IMG/VR virus record: IMGVR_UViG_3300011335_000131
Location: 1 to 26,046 of that record
Source: a virus
Lineage: Duplodnaviria > Caudoviricetes
Reading direction: 5' to 3' (one strand)
Length of the DNA: 26,046 nucleotides
The notes below the pieces were generated by a model. It had not been told where the DNA came from, did no database searches, and saw only the letters and a program-made list of their open reading frames with translations. A program made the position numbers and the translations under genes. Of the stretch, positions 6,553 through 14,209 are shown piece by piece (the stretch's first letter is position 1; each line of letters opens with the position of its first letter).

Positions 6553-7204
6553 ACTATCTGACCCTTACGAATTAAAAGTTTATGAGGCTCAACAAACATT
6601 AATAATTGGTAGATGCTCAAGAATAGAAGTTAAAGAGCATTTAAAGACCTGTTTGCAACTTAGCGGTTTACAATCACCAATAAGTCAAGATTTTGAGTTT
6701 ATAGTTGATTTTGTAATTAATAATTATGGTAATTATAAGTTAAAAGAATTGGGTATAGCTTTCGAATTATATGCTTCAAATAGACTTGAGGTAAGTCAAC
6801 ATATAATTTTTAACCCACGATTCTTTGGTGAAGTAATGGCAGCTTATAAGCCAATTTCAATACAAGTAAGACAAAAGACTTATGTTGAGCCACAACCAGT
6901 AGAAATACCTAAATTACAAGATGATGAAGTTATTAAGGCTTTGTACGAAAATTGGGAGAAATCTGCTAAAAGAGGTTGGGAGTTGCTAAATACTATGGCT
7001 TTTGACATACTATGGAAGCGAAAGGAACTAAATAAGGAGAATCTAAGTCAAGACAAAGCAGACCAGATAAAGAACAAGATAATTGCTCATTACAAGGTAA
7101 CTGCTAAAACACCAAAAGACTTGGAGAAATTAAATAATGAATTATTTATCAAAAATGAGTGCAAAAGATATACTTTGTACCTATTTTTACAAAACAAATT
7201 ATAA
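6479..7204 (+). CDS. Hypothetical protein, positional candidate for helicase loader
   Basis: 241-aa ORF overlapping the initiator end. No P-loop seen; function is inferred from position only. Confidence 0.6.
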   Translation: MQQELTTIVNSLTLNEKQSKEIIYKLSDPYELKVYEAQQTLIIGRCSRIEVKEHLKTCLQLSGLQSPISQDFEFIVDFVINNYGNYKLKELGIAFELYASNRLEVSQHIIFNPRFFGEVMAAYKPISIQVRQKTYVEPQPVEIPKLQDDEVIKALYENWEKSAKRGWELLNTMAFDILWKRKELNKENLSQDKADQIKNKIIAHYKVTAKTPKDLEKLNNELFIKNECKRYTLYLFLQNKL

Positions 7205-7264
7205 CCACCTCAAGAAATTAATATTTAATAACAAGATAGTGATTTGGGGAACTTGGGGTGGTTT

Positions 7265-7345
7265 ATTAGAAATATAATTCTAATTAAGCAAAAAACAACA
7301 CTAAAAAAAACAATTATTTAACCAAATTGGAAATATAATTCTAAT
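7265..7345. repeat. Two 20-bp palindromic direct repeats
   Basis: ATTAGAAATATAATTCTAAT (7265-7284) and ATTGGAAATATAATTCTAAT (7326-7345). Confidence 0.8.
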
Positions 7346-7422
7346 ACAAAAATCAGTATTTATACTTAACATTTATTAATATAAATAAACCATTTTTACA
7401 TTCAAACCAAAACAAATAAATT

Positions 7423-7626
7423 ATGGAAACGCCATTACAAAATTTAAAGTATTATTTCAGAAATGATGATACTATTACCAAAGAAGAATTAAATAATGCA
7501 ATTAATGAATTGTATGATAACGAAAGGTCAGCAATAATGGATGCAGCTAAGAAATTTGCAAATACTCTTGGTGTTGAAGATGAAGATATTTTAGACTATT
7601 ACAATGACCTTTACAAAACCAATTAA
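7423..7626 (+). CDS. Hypothetical acidic protein
   Basis: ORF track. Confidence 0.75.
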   Translation: METPLQNLKYYFRNDDTITKEELNNAINELYDNERSAIMDAAKKFANTLGVEDEDILDYYNDLYKTN

Positions 7627-7646
7627 AAAACCAAAACAAATAAAAT

Positions 7647-7853
7647 ATGAAACCAAAAGAAAAAGCACAAGAATTAGTAGATAAGTATTCTAATTATACA
7701 ACTGATTGGGATTACCTAATAAAAGCTAAACTATGCACCTTAATAGCAGTAGATGAGATATTAAATGCTTTACCTCCATTTGATTATGGATTAGAATTTG
7801 TAGCTAAAATAGATTATTGGACAGAAGTTAAAACTGAAATAGAAAACTTATAA
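7647..7853 (+). CDS. Hypothetical protein (PKEKA.EL...AK.C.LIAVDEI...YW.EV type)
   Basis: ORF track. Confidence 0.8.
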   Translation: MKPKEKAQELVDKYSNYTTDWDYLIKAKLCTLIAVDEILNALPPFDYGLEFVAKIDYWTEVKTEIENL

Positions 7854-7869
7854 CCAAAACAAATAACCT

Positions 7870-8202
7870 ATGAAACTATATACAGAAGAACAAGTAAAAT
7901 TTATTTACAATTCTTATGGATTCAATCTTGATCAAAATGGTTGTCATGAAATTGATGAAGATAAGTACTTTGAGCAAAAACTTAAAGAATTAACACCAAT
8001 AGAACTACCAAGTAATGTAGAAGTAGGTAAAATAGTATTAGGAGATTCTCCAATTATGGAACATAGAGATTCAGGATATTTCGCCGCAGGTGCTATGAAA
8101 TATAACAAATGGATGAAAGAACAAATACTTAACCAAAATAGAATAACTATAAAAGAAACAAAAAGGTCAATAGAAGGTATTGGATTAAATAAAAACCTAT
8201 GA
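7870..8202 (+). CDS. Hypothetical protein (MKLYTEEQV...LTPIELPS type)
   Basis: ORF track; the C-terminus may be a read-through extension. Confidence 0.75.
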   Translation: MKLYTEEQVKFIYNSYGFNLDQNGCHEIDEDKYFEQKLKELTPIELPSNVEVGKIVLGDSPIMEHRDSGYFAAGAMKYNKWMKEQILNQNRITIKETKRSIEGIGLNKNL

Positions 8203-8333
8203 AACAACTAACATTTATTTACGAACTATTAAAGTTTATGCTGATTAGCGTTCCATTAGCTTGTTGCATTTATTTAACTGCACACTTATACTTTGAATTA
8301 AAACGATTCATTAATGACAGGAATAGACAATAA
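8199..8333 (+). CDS. 44-aa membrane protein
   Basis: Manual translation MKQLTFIYELLKFMLISVPLACCIYLTAHLYFELKRFINDRNRQ; ATGA overlap with the upstream ORF. Confidence 0.65.
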   Translation: MKQLTFIYELLKFMLISVPLACCIYLTAHLYFELKRFINDRNRQ

Positions 8334-8511
8334 CATTGAGGTTAGACTGATTTATTTAGATACAAAAGAAGAAGTAGAGTTTAGGTCAATAGCAAAAGCG
8401 ATAAGGTTTTTACACACGGATTATAAAACAATAATGACCTATATGAATCCAATAAACAAAAAACGATACAAGCATAATAACCGATTATGTGTTGTTAGAT
8501 TGAAAAAGTAA
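8314..8511 (+). CDS. Small NUMOD1-like HTH DNA-binding protein
   Basis: YLDTKEEVEFRSIAKAIRFL pattern. Confidence 0.55.
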   Translation: MTGIDNNIEVRLIYLDTKEEVEFRSIAKAIRFLHTDYKTIMTYMNPINKKRYKHNNRLCVVRLKK

Positions 8512-8514
8512 CCC

Positions 8515-8522
8515 TAATTTTG
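8515..8522 (+). promoter_or_regulatory. -7 promoter element, probably leaderless transcript
   Basis: TAATTTTG, 4 nt before the ATG at 8527. Confidence 0.55.
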
Positions 8523-8526
8523 CTTT

Positions 8527-8883
8527 ATGCCATTGATACCTTTACCAAAGTTGTTAGAGAAAACCCAAAAGGTTGTTAATGCTTATATTAGAAAACGAGA
8601 TGAAGGATTGCCTTGTATTAGTTGCGGTGGGGTTGGTAACCAAGCTGGACACTACTTTACAGTCAAAGGTTATTCAGCTTTAAGGTTTAATGAATGGAAT
8701 ATCCATTTACAATGTGCTGGATGCAATATGTTTAAGCACGGCAACCAAGCAATGTATAGAATAGGCTTAGTTGAAAGGATTGGCGAAAAGGCGGTCAAAG
8801 AGTTAGAGTTTGAAGCAGTTAACAATAGGGTCAAGAAATGGACAAGAACAGAATTAAACGATTTAATTGATAGATACAAGTAA
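8527..8883 (+). CDS. ninG: NinG/Rap-family endonuclease
   Basis: NAYIRKRD..PCISCG, AGHY, LRFNEWNIHLQCAGCN and GN...YRIGLVERIG motifs. Confidence 0.9.
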   Translation: MPLIPLPKLLEKTQKVVNAYIRKRDEGLPCISCGGVGNQAGHYFTVKGYSALRFNEWNIHLQCAGCNMFKHGNQAMYRIGLVERIGEKAVKELEFEAVNNRVKKWTRTELNDLIDRYK

Positions 8884-9043
8884 CATATTTGCAACGTGTA
8901 AACAAGAGGTAATCGCTGGTTATCCTTGTTTTTCATTTGTCATTGACGGATGTACTCACTATGTATTTGGCGAAACCCAAGAGGAAGCATTTGATTATTT
9001 AGCAGATTTAATAAATTTATATGGCAAAAGTAAGCAGCAATAA
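8867..9043 (+). CDS. 58-aa protein with a HicB-like motif (TTG start)
   Basis: Manual translation MIDTSNIFATCKQEVIAGYPCFSFVIDGCTHYVFGETQEEAFDYLADLINLYGKSKQQ. Confidence 0.5.
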   Translation: MIDTSNIFATCKQEVIAGYPCFSFVIDGCTHYVFGETQEEAFDYLADLINLYGKSKQQ

Positions 9044-9140
9044 CAAAGTTAGCTTTGGCAAAAGAAAGTGTGGCAAGTACAAAAAAACATCTGGTCCAAA
9101 GGACAAGGCAGTTAAACCTTACGCAAGGCAAGGAAGATAA
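9021..9140 (+). CDS. 39-aa very basic peptide ending YARQGR
   Basis: Manual translation MAKVSSNNKVSFGKRKCGKYKKTSGPKDKAVKPYARQGR. Confidence 0.65.
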   Translation: MAKVSSNNKVSFGKRKCGKYKKTSGPKDKAVKPYARQGR

Positions 9141-9192
9141 AATACTTGGTAAAGCCTCTTAGAAATAACGTAACCAAGTTAAAGAATAAACT

Positions 9193-9384
9193 ATGAAAGA
9201 CACATACGGAAAGAAGCTATATACTTGCAACTGCGGAACAGTTACAGAAGGATATGTATGGTTTGGCAAGATAAAAGAAACCCAATTTGAATGTACCAAA
9301 TGTGGCAAATGGGTTGGATATAGCAATTTAGAAAAAAAGCCAGATAGCATTATATCAATACGAACACCAACAAAAAACCGATAA
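9193..9384 (+). CDS. Zinc-ribbon protein
   Basis: CNCG...CTKCG. Confidence 0.7.
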   Translation: MKDTYGKKLYTCNCGTVTEGYVWFGKIKETQFECTKCGKWVGYSNLEKKPDSIISIRTPTKNR

Positions 9385-9385
9385 T

Positions 9386-9589
9386 ATGGATGAAAGAAAC
9401 GATTACAAATCTATTCCAGAGCAACTAAAAGAGGCTAAGGTTACAAGATTAGAAGTAATTAACCACGCTAAAAATGAAAAGCCAGTAGGTAGAATTTTAA
9501 CTATGTATAAAGAATTAGGCGATTTTGAACACATTGAATTAGCCTTTCAAGATGGTGGTAGAACATTAAAAATATTCCTAAATAGCTAA
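9386..9589 (+). CDS. Hypothetical protein
   Basis: ORF track; VTRLEVI...QDGGRTLKIF. Confidence 0.7.
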   Translation: MDERNDYKSIPEQLKEAKVTRLEVINHAKNEKPVGRILTMYKELGDFEHIELAFQDGGRTLKIFLNS

Positions 9590-9590
9590 T

Positions 9591-10025
9591 ATGAACATCA
9601 ACGAAATTAAACCTAACCCAAGCAATCCAAGAAAGATTGATGAAGATGACTTTGCTAAGTTGGTTAAATCTATAAAGGATGACCCAAAGCTATTAGAAGC
9701 AAAGCCATTAATCATAGATGAAAACAACGTAATCTTAGGAGGCAACCAAAGATATCGTGCTTGTTTAGAATTAGGCATACAAGATGTACCTACTATCAAG
9801 ATGGCTAACCTAACCGAGAAGGAAAAGCAAAAGCTACTTGTTATAGACAATACTCACTATGGTAAATGGGATATGGATATGTTAGCAAATGATGGTTGGG
9901 AGATAGGAGATTTAGATGAATGGGGTGTCAATGTTGACTTCCTCGTTCCAACAAATGAAGAACCAAAATCAATAGACAATACCAAAAAAGGAAAGGTTTG
10001 CCCTAATTGTGGCTTATCTTTGTAA
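9591..10025 (+). CDS. ParB/Srx N-terminal-domain protein with C-terminal CPxC
   Basis: IKPNPSNPRKI, LVKSI and IIDENNVILGGNQRYRA motifs; typical position before the terminase. Confidence 0.85.
   Translation: MNINEIKPNPSNPRKIDEDDFAKLVKSIKDDPKLLEAKPLIIDENNVILGGNQRYRACLELGIQDVPTIKMANLTEKEKQKLLVIDNTHYGKWDMDMLANDGWEIGDLDEWGVNVDFLVPTNEEPKSIDNTKKGKVCPNCGLSL
10015..10022 (+). promoter_or_regulatory. -7 promoter element upstream of terS
   Basis: TATCTTTG, 19 nt before the ATG at 10042. Confidence 0.5.
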
Positions 10026-10041
10026 AAACAATGGAAATACA

Positions 10042-10389
10042 ATGGCTGGAATAGATAACTTAGTACACTTTGAAAAAGGACAATCTGGTAACCCAAATGG
10101 TCGACCTAAAGGAGTTCAAAATAGTAAGACTCGTTTACTTAGGTTGCTTGAATTAGTACAAAAAAGAAAGAACCCAATTACAGGCGAAGATGAAGACTTT
10201 ACTGTGCTTGAACTAATGGATATGCAAATGATTAGTAAAGCGTTAAAAGGCGACCAAAGAGCATACGAGGCAGTAGTGGATAGATTAGAGGGTAAACCAA
10301 AGCAAACAACCGACATAACCGCAGACATAAAGGGTAATGTGCAAATCACAATAGAACCAGATGCAAATTGTCAACCAATTAAAGATTAA
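10042..10389 (+). CDS. terS: Probable terminase small subunit (DUF5681-type)
   Basis: FEKGQSGNPNGRPKG and DRLEGKP motifs; immediately upstream of terL. Confidence 0.7.
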   Translation: MAGIDNLVHFEKGQSGNPNGRPKGVQNSKTRLLRLLELVQKRKNPITGEDEDFTVLELMDMQMISKALKGDQRAYEAVVDRLEGKPKQTTDITADIKGNVQITIEPDANCQPIKD

Positions 10390-11527
10390 GGCTACACCTG
10401 TATTTTATGCTAATAAAAAGGCATACGAGGAAGGTTATCCTATAATATGCAATGAAGGAGGTTCAAGGTCAAGTAAAAGCTATTCCGTTGTTCAGTTACT
10501 AATCCACATTGCAATAAGCAATCCTAATACAAGGATATCAATGGTATCGCATTCCCTACCGCATATCAAGCGTGGAGTTTATAGGGATTTCAAAGGCATA
10601 ATGGAGCAATGGGGTATTTGGGATGAAAAAGACTTTAGGTATACCGATTTTATTTATACGTTTAAAAATGGCTCTTACATTGAGTTGTTTGGTCTTGAAG
10701 ACCCTGACAAAGCAAAAGGACCAGCAAGGGACATCCTATTTGTAAACGAGGCAAACCTTATTAGCAAGGCTTTATTTGACCAGTTATTGATAAGAACAAC
10801 TGGACAATCATTCTTAGATTGGAATCCAGCCGACTTTATTAGTTGGGTTTATGAGGTAGCCGATAACCCACAAAACAAGCGCATCCATTCTACCTACCTA
10901 AACAACATTTCAAATCTAAGCGATAGCCAAATAAGAAACATTGAGCAATACAAAGATTTGCCTGATGACTTTATGTGGAAGGTGTACGGATTAGGGGAAC
11001 GAGGCTCTGCAAAGGAAATTATATACACTCAATGGAAACAATACGATGAAGCACCTGATGGTGATGTATTCTATGGATTGGACTTTGGTTATGTCCATCC
11101 AGCTGCACTTGTTAAGGTTACGCACCACGAAGGACAAAACTACTTTGAGGAAATAGTTTATCAAAGCGGACTAACTCTTAGCGACCTATCAAGATTAATT
11201 AAAGAAAAGCTACCTGAACGTGCCACGATATATGCAGATGCAGCCGAACCTAAATCAATTGAAGAACTTTATAGACAAGGTTTTAACATTAAACCAGCGC
11301 AAAAGGATGTATGGGCTGGGATTGTAAAGATGAAATCTTATCCAATTAACTTGCACTACAATAGTAAAAACCTAAGAAGGGAGTTTATGTCTTACAAATG
11401 GAAAAAGGATAAAAACGATAACGTAATAGAAGAACCTGTAAAGGCAAACGATGACTTGATGGATGCTTGTAGGTATGCCGTATTTACGCATTTAACCAAG
11501 CCTAAGTTTGAAGTGTCGGTATTTTAG
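10361..11527 (+). CDS. terL: Terminase large subunit (PBSX XtmB/SPP1-like)
   Basis: Walker A GGSRSSKS, Walker B LFVNEA, LDWNP, and nuclease motifs GLDFG and DDLMDACRY. Confidence 0.95.
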   Translation: MQIVNQLKIKATPVFYANKKAYEEGYPIICNEGGSRSSKSYSVVQLLIHIAISNPNTRISMVSHSLPHIKRGVYRDFKGIMEQWGIWDEKDFRYTDFIYTFKNGSYIELFGLEDPDKAKGPARDILFVNEANLISKALFDQLLIRTTGQSFLDWNPADFISWVYEVADNPQNKRIHSTYLNNISNLSDSQIRNIEQYKDLPDDFMWKVYGLGERGSAKEIIYTQWKQYDEAPDGDVFYGLDFGYVHPAALVKVTHHEGQNYFEEIVYQSGLTLSDLSRLIKEKLPERATIYADAAEPKSIEELYRQGFNIKPAQKDVWAGIVKMKSYPINLHYNSKNLRREFMSYKWKKDKNDNVIEEPVKANDDLMDACRYAVFTHLTKPKFEVSVF

Positions 11528-11538
11528 GATAAATTGTC

Positions 11539-11546
11539 TAACTTTG
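11539..11546 (+). promoter_or_regulatory. -7 promoter element upstream of portal
   Basis: TAACTTTG in the intergenic gap. Confidence 0.6.
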
Positions 11547-11562
11547 TTTTAAATATAAATAT

Positions 11563-12942
11563 ATGGGTTTATTTGATTTCTTTAAGAAAGCACAGAAACT
11601 ATCTACTGTTTTACCACAAATTCCTTTTAACGGACAAGTAGCAATACAACAAGGAATAATAACTTGGCAAGGTGGCGATAACATTAGCTTTGTGCGTGAT
11701 GGTTATAGTGCAAACGATATTGTTTATTCTATCGTTAAATTAATTACCGATAAAGCAAAACTTGCACCATTCCACGTTTATAAAGTAGTTGACGAAAGAG
11801 CAGCTAAAAAGTATAAAGCGTTAATGAGCCAACCAGATAAGATTGAGAACTGGAAGGATGTAGAAAAGTTACATAAGAAAGCATTTGAATTATATACAGG
11901 CGATGCAAGATTAAACGAGTTATTAAAATATCCTAATGAAGAAGATACCTTTGGCGATTTCGTTGAAGCGTGGTGTGCGTTTAAGTTAATCACAGGTAAC
12001 TCTTTTGTTTACGCAAAGATGATTGAAGGTGGCAACAACAATGGTAAGCCATTTGAAATGTACGTTCTACCTTCTCAATATATGTACGTTTTAGCGGACA
12101 TACAAAACTTCCCACCAACAATTGCAGGTTACCAATTGAACTATGGTCCACTTTGGAACTTTACAAAACAAGAAATATTACAAGACAAATACTTTAATCC
12201 ACAATGGAATACAACTGGGAATCAACTATATGGTCAATCACCTTTGATGGCTGCTGCGAGAAACTTGACTCGTTCGAACGAAGCCAAGACTGCGGCGGTT
12301 GCATCATTCCAGAATGGTGGTCCAGCTGGAGTTCTTTTTATGAATGATGAACGCTTTGACCCTATTAGTGGACAACAACAAGCACAAGCACTTAAAAGAG
12401 CCGTGAGTGAAAAAGGTGGCTCTGCTAACTTTAATTCAATTGCGGTTAGTGGTTACAAAGTAGATTGGAAACAAATCGGATTAAGTCCTGTTGAATTAGA
12501 CATCATTGAAAGTGAGAAGTGGGATATGAAAGCACTTTGTAATATTTACGGAGTACCAGCGCAACTTTTAAACGATAGCGATAACAAGACTTACAATAAC
12601 CAAAGAGAAGGCGAGAAAGCATTGACATTACGTTGTGCTATTCCTTTGCTTACAGGTATTCGTGATAACTTGAATAGAAAGCTACATTCTGACTGGGGTT
12701 ATAGAGGTACGGATATTTATGTTGACTTCGATGCAAGTGTTTATGGCGAATTAGAAGCTAACAAAGCGGAGCAAGTAGAATGGTTAGATAAGGCTTGGTG
12801 GATTGCACCTAAGCAAAAAATGGATATTATGGGATTAGAGATTCCACCTTACATAGACGAATCAGAAATGGAGAAATTATACATCCCTTCAAGTTTACAA
12901 AGTCCAGATGAGTTTCAACCTTTAACATTACCAAATGAATAG
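11563..12942 (+). CDS. Portal protein, HK97 family
   Basis: LLKYPN, LITGNSF, YGQSPL, FQNGG.AG and IYGVP..LL motifs. Confidence 0.95.
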   Translation: MGLFDFFKKAQKLSTVLPQIPFNGQVAIQQGIITWQGGDNISFVRDGYSANDIVYSIVKLITDKAKLAPFHVYKVVDERAAKKYKALMSQPDKIENWKDVEKLHKKAFELYTGDARLNELLKYPNEEDTFGDFVEAWCAFKLITGNSFVYAKMIEGGNNNGKPFEMYVLPSQYMYVLADIQNFPPTIAGYQLNYGPLWNFTKQEILQDKYFNPQWNTTGNQLYGQSPLMAAARNLTRSNEAKTAAVASFQNGGPAGVLFMNDERFDPISGQQQAQALKRAVSEKGGSANFNSIAVSGYKVDWKQIGLSPVELDIIESEKWDMKALCNIYGVPAQLLNDSDNKTYNNQREGEKALTLRCAIPLLTGIRDNLNRKLHSDWGYRGTDIYVDFDASVYGELEANKAEQVEWLDKAWWIAPKQKMDIMGLEIPPYIDESEMEKLYIPSSLQSPDEFQPLTLPNE

Positions 12943-13309
12943 TCAAGACCTTATTGATTTGTTGTTTGACATTAAAGTTGAACTAAAGAAAGACTTAACT
13001 GAAATAGTAGACGAGGTTTACGCAAAGTACCACAATACTGTAAATATGTCTTTTAGCGAATTAGAGGCTTGGAGCAAGTCGGAGTGTTCAAAGTTGGCAT
13101 CATTAGACAGAAGTCCAATAAACCGAAATTTGAGGCTCTTAAAGACCAAGAAAGCGGATTGGGGTGCTAATGAGGTAAAGGCTGCTAACCGAACGATTAG
13201 CTTTGTTAGTAGAATGAAAAATATGGAGCAAGGGAAACCTGTAAATAAAACTTGTCCATCTAAGAGGGATATATCCTTAAAGAATTGGGCTTTCAATCCT
13301 AATAAATGA
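12935..13309 (+). CDS. DUF3140-like protein
   Basis: VNMSFSELEAW...LLKTKK.DW...ISFVSR...SLKNWAFNP resembles the DUF3140 pattern (VNM...EL..W; SL.NWG.DP). Confidence 0.6.
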   Translation: MNSQDLIDLLFDIKVELKKDLTEIVDEVYAKYHNTVNMSFSELEAWSKSECSKLASLDRSPINRNLRLLKTKKADWGANEVKAANRTISFVSRMKNMEQGKPVNKTCPSKRDISLKNWAFNPNK

Positions 13310-14187
13310 TTTGGCAAGATTATAAGAAACTTTATGCTAATGCATTAAAAACCTATTCGCCAAAGTTTAAGAAAGAACTACAAAGGCAAGTGGATACTTA
13401 TTGCGATACCCAAGATATGAATGCAATAAGCAATAAGAAGATAAAAAAGACCATCCAAAACCTACACATAGCTATGGGGGTTAAGATGGCACAAATTGCG
13501 GAGAAGAATGTGTCTAAGTCGGTCAAGGGTTACTATGGACCAGAGGAGTTTAAAAGTAAGCAGACGGATTTGTTTACTTATGTAATGCTCACTTACCTTG
13601 AACTAAAAGGCTTAGATAATATAGCTGCCGAGATAACACAAACAACAAAAAACCAAATTCAACAATACTTAATGAAGTCAGTTGAGGAAGGTTTAACTAT
13701 GCAAGAAACAATCAAACTATTGAGAACGGCTGGAATAACGGATTACCGAGCAGAGATGATAGCAAGAACGGAAACAGGTAGAGCAGCGAATATAGGCTCA
13801 ATGGTTGGCACGGCTGCAACTGGACTTGTAACTATGAAGGAATGGATTGCTGCAAGGGATAACCGAACAAGGCGAGTGCCAAGAGATATGTTTGACCATT
13901 TTCATATGGACGGAATAAAAGTAGCATACGATGAAAAATTTAATGTTAAAACTAAGAATGGCGGTTTTGAGCAAATGTTACATCCTTGCGACCCAAGTGG
14001 AAGTGCTGGGGATGTTATCAATTGCCGTTGTACGTTAGGTTACGAAGCGGTTAGAGGCGAAGATGGAAAGCCAAAAAGGTTACAAGATAATCCGCCAAGA
14101 GGCGATATGGGGTTAGTGTGGAATCTAATAAATAACGTGGCTTTGATGCAAATTTCAAACTTAATAAGAGATTTGTTAGCAGATTAA
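13306..14187 (+). CDS. MuF/SPP1 gp7-like head morphogenesis protein
   Basis: RAEMIARTET..A.N, KEWIA..D.RTR and HPCDP...INCRC motifs. Confidence 0.9.
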   Translation: MIWQDYKKLYANALKTYSPKFKKELQRQVDTYCDTQDMNAISNKKIKKTIQNLHIAMGVKMAQIAEKNVSKSVKGYYGPEEFKSKQTDLFTYVMLTYLELKGLDNIAAEITQTTKNQIQQYLMKSVEEGLTMQETIKLLRTAGITDYRAEMIARTETGRAANIGSMVGTAATGLVTMKEWIAARDNRTRRVPRDMFDHFHMDGIKVAYDEKFNVKTKNGGFEQMLHPCDPSGSAGDVINCRCTLGYEAVRGEDGKPKRLQDNPPRGDMGLVWNLINNVALMQISNLIRDLLAD

Positions 14188-14205
14188 AAAAAATTAATAA
14201 CTTTG
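14172..14205 (+). promoter_or_regulatory. Promoter for protease-capsid genes
   Basis: TTTG at 14172-14175 and TAACTTTG at 14198-14205, 4 nt before the ATG. Confidence 0.6.
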
Positions 14206-14209
14206 TTAT

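Larger units (their letters stand above)
7405..7866 (+). repeat. Dispersed 15-bp gene-junction repeat AACCAAAACAAATAA
   Basis: Exact copies at 7405-7419, 7629-7643 and 7852-7866, each 3 nt before an ATG. Confidence 0.85.

Noticed and set aside
7265-7345. Mini CRISPR array
   Set aside because: Only two 20-bp repeats, shorter than typical CRISPR repeats, with a low-complexity spacer and no cas genes.
9050-9057. TAGCTTTG promoter-like octamer
   Set aside because: Lies inside a coding region and is not positioned near a gene start.
9144-9179. Inverted repeat ACTTGGT...ACCAAGT
   Set aside because: 7-bp arms with a 22-nt loop and no T tract; could be chance.
10735-10760. TerL Walker B reads LFVNEA rather than hhhhDE
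   Set aside because: The catalytic Glu and all other motifs are intact; treated as a natural variant, not inactivation.
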